A stretch of DNA of 64,000 nucleotides from Terriglobia bacterium (lineage in GTDB: Bacteria > Acidobacteriota > Terriglobia > 20CM-2-55-15), in assembly GCA_963664115.2 (NCBI GenBank), contig CAXWPJ010000011.1, positions 32,001 to 96,000 on the forward strand, written 5' to 3'. Shown piece by piece: positions 60,127 to 64,000 of this stretch (the stretch's first letter is position 1; each line of letters begins with the position of its first letter). The notes under the pieces were generated by a model that did not search any database, had not been told where the DNA came from, and worked only from the letters and a program-made list of their open reading frames with translations. A program made the translations under genes and the position numbers.

Positions 60127-60969
60127 CTAAAGTCCAGCTGCGGGATCCCGAACGCGACTGTTGAAATTGTCCACCTCGTCGACCGGCGCACAGTCTTCTT
60201 CAAAAACGCCATACCATCCCTGAAGGTCCGTCATCCTCGCGTACCAGGCGACTACTTCTTCTCTCGGGACGAGCCTGTAACTTTTCTGTTCGGCCACCCA
60301 TGGCCGCGTGTAGGTCAGTGGATCAGTGATCGTCATCTCAAGTTCGATAGTATCGTGGTCGACACGCGTGTAGCGCTCTACGACTCTTGTGGCTTCGCTG
60401 AGAGGGTAGCCGTTCTGGTCCAACCACGCTCTATCGTCGAAACCTGCCGACTCCACAACAAGAGTGTTGTCCTCCCATCTCCCGGCCGAGTAACCGTACC
60501 ACCTCCGAAGATCGGGGTTGAAATTCTCGGGAAGTTCTCGTCCGTCCGTCCAGATCTCGCGAAACACCCGATGCCACGAAAACATCTGCACCAGCAAATC
60601 CGGGGTTTGAATGAACTGAGTGGGCCGGGGATACAGCAAGGCGCGCGTCAGGCCCGCTGGATTGCACTCCCCGGTGGGATCGTTACCCGTTGCAGGAGGA
60701 ACCTGGCGGGGGCCATACCCCGGCCGGTACGAGTCGAAGCGTGCCTGGCCTTCGGGGGTCATCGGGGGAGTCGTATCATCCCCGGGGCGCCGACTGATGC
60801 CCCGGCTCCCGCCGTTGCGCTCCCAGATTCCAGAAAAGTCGCGCGGATCAAACGGCGCGTCCGGGTTGGGCGCGGCTCTAGCAACAGAGCGATCCTGGGC
60901 GAGGGTGGCCGACGCGAACACCAACATCACGGCCAAGGTCAAAATCGTTGTGATGGAGCGACTTAACAT
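60127..60969 (-). CDS. Exported hypothetical protein, DUF6152-partner family
   Basis: DFSGIW, DP...CNP.G, IWTDGR, GYS.GRWE..TLVVES, DP, terminal Cys. Confidence 0.87.
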   Translation of the reverse strand: MLSRSITTILTLAVMLVFASATLAQDRSVARAAPNPDAPFDPRDFSGIWERNGGSRGISRRPGDDTTPPMTPEGQARFDSYRPGYGPRQVPPATGNDPTGECNPAGLTRALLYPRPTQFIQTPDLLVQMFSWHRVFREIWTDGRELPENFNPDLRRWYGYSAGRWEDNTLVVESAGFDDRAWLDQNGYPLSEATRVVERYTRVDHDTIELEMTITDPLTYTRPWVAEQKSYRLVPREEVVAWYARMTDLQGWYGVFEEDCAPVDEVDNFNSRVRDPAAGL

Positions 60970-61067
60970 GGGTCGTTAACCTCCAGATGCGTTGTCCAGA
61001 ATCTGAAATTGAGCGGATACCGTCCGCATGGGCGGAGTTCCCCACGAAGTGTCAGTTTTCCCTGCCG

Positions 61068-61475
61068 TCATCTTTCTCTGCCGTCGTCCCGCTCCATGGT
61101 CCGGCCATCCGGCAGTTGGACCTCCGCCATGACTCCAGTCGGCGTGCCAGCCCTGGAGGGCGATAGGATAACCGTGACCTCGTCTCCCGGCCTGATGGAA
61201 TTCCTGCTCCAGCCGGCTTTGGACAAATGGAAGGGGGCGCTGATCTCACCGCTCCAGTGGACGACGTTTCCGTCCTCGTCCGTCACATCCCAGAAAAGTT
61301 GAGCGTGAGGATTGGTCAGCCGCCATTGGGTCACGATTCCAGTGACGCTGACGCGTTTTTCCATGTCGTAGGAAATGCTCGTTCCGTGGTGCGCGAAGAC
61401 AGGCACCGAAACCACAAGTGAACCCGTACTGACAGCCAAAAGAACCGCAAGCAAAGTTATCGTTCTGTGCTTCAT
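61068..61475 (-). CDS. DUF6152-like exported protein
   Basis: VFA|HHG...YD, NPH, WSGE, PGDEVTV. Confidence 0.85.
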   Translation of the reverse strand: MKHRTITLLAVLLAVSTGSLVVSVPVFAHHGTSISYDMEKRVSVTGIVTQWRLTNPHAQLFWDVTDEDGNVVHWSGEISAPFHLSKAGWSRNSIRPGDEVTVILSPSRAGTPTGVMAEVQLPDGRTMERDDGRER

Positions 61476-61658
61476 TTTCGAATGCTCCTTGGTGAGATCC
61501 GGGAGATTGTCATCCATACAAACGCGCGCCCAGTCACGAGGCCTTCGATCTCGTAAGCCATTGAACTCTATTTGAGAACACCCTCGACTGAGACTCATCG
61601 TCAAACACGAGGACTAAGGCGTCACTGTGTTCGGTTTAAACTGTCCTGTCACTTAACT

Positions 61659-62477
61659 TTACTTCACTTCACAAGGAGTCGGGTTCCACTTGGATCCGTC
61701 GGGCTCCTTCTTGAAGTTCGAACTTCGAATCAAGGGTCCGACGCGGTCCGAGCCCGGCAAGCCCCCTCCCGGTTGGGATCCCAGGTATTGTGGGTCGTCG
61801 ACGATCGTGGACACGATCAGCCATGTGTCACCACCCGGGATGTCCGCACGGTGAAAATACTCCGTCACGACGGCGTTCTCACTGTAGGGCACACCGTTTC
61901 GCAGTAAGTATCCGGCGTGCATGCCTGTCGTCACAACCTTCAGATTGCCGCCTCGGGGAATACCGTTCTGGCCTCCCGCGACTTCCCACTGCGCCGACGA
62001 ATACCCCTGCCACGTCGGCTCGGCACCGACAGGCGGTGAGCCATCAAAATGGAACAAGCGTGTCTGCATCCCCGCATCGGTGTCGATTCGCAGTGTGTTT
62101 TCGTCTTCCCAGGTCACATGCAAACGCGTTGGAATCCGCATGATGTTGCCTGCGCCATAAGCCTTGCACGCGTTCCCTTCGGCTACGTCCCGGGCTGGAT
62201 CCCACTGATCGGCGACGCGGCGGCCTTCCTCGTTGAGCGGTATGGCCGGGAAACTGCCCTTTTCGGCGGTGAGCATTCGCCATCGCCAGTCTTCGGTGAT
62301 CAGCGACACCCAGTATCCCGTCGGGTCGATGACAGCTTGCTCTTGCCCGGGCCGTGGGTCTGGTGGGGCCGGGCCGCCTCTCTGGGCAACCATGTACGTG
62401 GGGCTTCCAAGCAACACTATTGCCAAGGCGGCCAGGAACATAAACGACGTATGCCGGGGCAAAATTCCGTAATTCAT
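61659..62477 (-). CDS. Exported hypothetical protein, divergent DUF6152-partner family
   Basis: DPTGYWVS..TEDW..RM, CKAYGA, QGYS.A.W, NGVPYS, DP.YL, terminal PTPC. Confidence 0.8.
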   Translation of the reverse strand: MNYGILPRHTSFMFLAALAIVLLGSPTYMVAQRGGPAPPDPRPGQEQAVIDPTGYWVSLITEDWRWRMLTAEKGSFPAIPLNEEGRRVADQWDPARDVAEGNACKAYGAGNIMRIPTRLHVTWEDENTLRIDTDAGMQTRLFHFDGSPPVGAEPTWQGYSSAQWEVAGGQNGIPRGGNLKVVTTGMHAGYLLRNGVPYSENAVVTEYFHRADIPGGDTWLIVSTIVDDPQYLGSQPGGGLPGSDRVGPLIRSSNFKKEPDGSKWNPTPCEVK

Positions 62478-62575
62478 TTTGGTCCTATCAATCGATCCAT
62501 CAATTAAGGCAGGCCGACACCGGGTTGTCCCACGGTTCTCGCTCTTCCTACACTGCCCGTCGCGCGGGAAATTCG

Positions 62576-62989
62576 TCAGTCGACCACTTCTTCGGGGAGG
62601 GTGCCCCAGGACCACCCATCCGATGGCCGGATGACACTGAGCAGGCGTCCCCGATGGCTACCTGGGCTACGCGCTGGATTGAACACTACTTGCACTGCAT
62701 CACCCACCTGCAGTCCGTCGCCTTCACCCCGGCGCATTCTGGATGCGGCCGCGCCCTCGATGGACCATCGCTGCACGTCTCCATTCGTGTCTGGAGCTTG
62801 CACGTGAATAAAGGAGTGGGGATTGCGGAGCAAGAACTGCACGACTCTCCCTTCAATCTCTTGGGTACCGTCCAGGTCGTAGGTTGCTCCAAAAGAATGG
62901 TGAGCGTATGCGGGCGTAACAGACGCCATCCAAATTCCTGCGGCAACCATTCCGGCGACGGCGAGCCAGACAAGCGATTTACCTTTCAT
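62576..62989 (-). CDS. DUF6152-like exported protein
   Basis: AYA|HHSF.ATYD, NPHS, WSIEG, GD.V.V. Confidence 0.87.
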   Translation of the reverse strand: MKGKSLVWLAVAGMVAAGIWMASVTPAYAHHSFGATYDLDGTQEIEGRVVQFLLRNPHSFIHVQAPDTNGDVQRWSIEGAAASRMRRGEGDGLQVGDAVQVVFNPARSPGSHRGRLLSVIRPSDGWSWGTLPEEVVD

Positions 62990-63058
62990 GCGTACTGACC
63001 TCCTCGAGAAACTTCGACAGAACTTCGATGCTGCAGCGCCACGAAGAGCGCCTGACGA

Positions 63059-63991
63059 CTAGCCTTCGATGAGGCTGCGATACACCGACTCGACGAACCG
63101 GTCGGTGGTGCCCGGTTCCCGCCCGTAGAGCGGGTCAAAATCGAGAGTGAGTCCGGCCTCTTTCACCTGCTCCAACGTCATGCCTTTTTCGATCGCGTTA
63201 CGGATGCGATCACGAATCATCGTGACCATGTCGCGGTAGTACGCGACTTCCGTGAGGTCGCTGATGCGTCCGTGCCCGGGAACCACCATCGTTCCACCTT
63301 GCGACCGGAATTCCGGGAAAATGAGATCGATAATACTGTTGATCCCGTCAAGCAGCCCCTGAATGCTGCCTCCCTGCTCAAGGTCGATGACGGGGTATCG
63401 GTCAACTGCAATGATATCCCCCGTGCTGATCACGTCGGAGTATCGGAAATAAACGATGCTATCGCCGTCAGAATGCGCCGCCGGCATGTGGATGACCTGA
63501 ACGCCTTCTCCATTGAAAAACCGATTCACCCGATGTTGTCCCTCAAGGTACGTATGCGTCGGGACTGCACTCGGTGCCGGACGCTCCGGGGCATCGATCA
63601 TCCGCAGCACGACATTGTCGTGGGCGATGACCTGTTCGCCACCGCCGAGCGGACGGAAAAAGTCACTTTCCACGATCGCGCTGTTCCCTCCCATGTGATC
63701 TTCATCCAGGTGGGTATTGATGATGTAGCGAATGGGCCGGGTCGGGCCGGAGGGATCGAGCTGGCGGGAAAGCTCCCGAACCCTGGCGAGCACTCTGTCC
63801 GACATTTCCGCCACGCCCGTGTCCACCATCAAAACGCCGTCTTTGCCAACGGATAGAGTGATATTCCCGCCGGCGCCGACCAATATGTACACATTCCCCT
63901 GGACGGGCCAAACATAGAATTGGTCGTCGTCGCTCTGAGGTTCCAGGGCATAAGCGGGGTTCCAGAAACAGAGGACCAGAGGCACAGCCAT
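63059..63991 (-). CDS. Exported MBL-fold hydrolase (start may lie at or beyond the window end)
   Basis: INTHLDEDHMGGN, AHSDGD, TGD, VPGHGR. Confidence 0.88.
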   Translation of the reverse strand: MAVPLVLCFWNPAYALEPQSDDDQFYVWPVQGNVYILVGAGGNITLSVGKDGVLMVDTGVAEMSDRVLARVRELSRQLDPSGPTRPIRYIINTHLDEDHMGGNSAIVESDFFRPLGGGEQVIAHDNVVLRMIDAPERPAPSAVPTHTYLEGQHRVNRFFNGEGVQVIHMPAAHSDGDSIVYFRYSDVISTGDIIAVDRYPVIDLEQGGSIQGLLDGINSIIDLIFPEFRSQGGTMVVPGHGRISDLTEVAYYRDMVTMIRDRIRNAIEKGMTLEQVKEAGLTLDFDPLYGREPGTTDRFVESVYRSLIEG

Positions 63992-64000
63992 CAGCCATGT

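Overview
64-kb window that probably comes from an Acidobacteriota-type genome. This is inferred from the amidase-GerMN-rph-rdgB-tRNA-Pro core block, an Oar-type TonB receptor and INIVLNWFEEL kinase tails. Four zones: (1) 1-11 kb, a decayed accessory region with gene-end fragments, an IS1380 nested in the terminal repeat of an IS4, a Tat-exported sulfite-oxidase-family Mo enzyme with cytochrome c, and an IS1111/IS110 element; (2) 11-20.5 kb, housekeeping and periplasmic genes ending at tRNA-Pro; (3) 20.5-35.2 kb, a genomic island between convergent tRNA-Pro and tRNA-Arg genes, with four IS256 copies, a split tyrosine integrase, defence remnants and resistance-like single genes; (4) 35.5-64 kb, a large cluster of exported proteins (DUF6152-like, their Cys-containing partners, DUF6644-like, MBL-fold and amidohydrolase enzymes, a DUF1549/1553-DUF1501-FGE operon and a TonB receptor). 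The strongest unexplained signal is a ~40-bp palindromic site with dif-like 11-6-11 architecture (TTCTCA-AGTCCTGAGAA-ATCATC-TTCTCGGACGT-TGAGAA). It occurs six times, separates single-gene cassettes in direct orientation inside the island, and one copy is split precisely by the IS1111 element. Family names come from motif recognition by eye, not from database searches.
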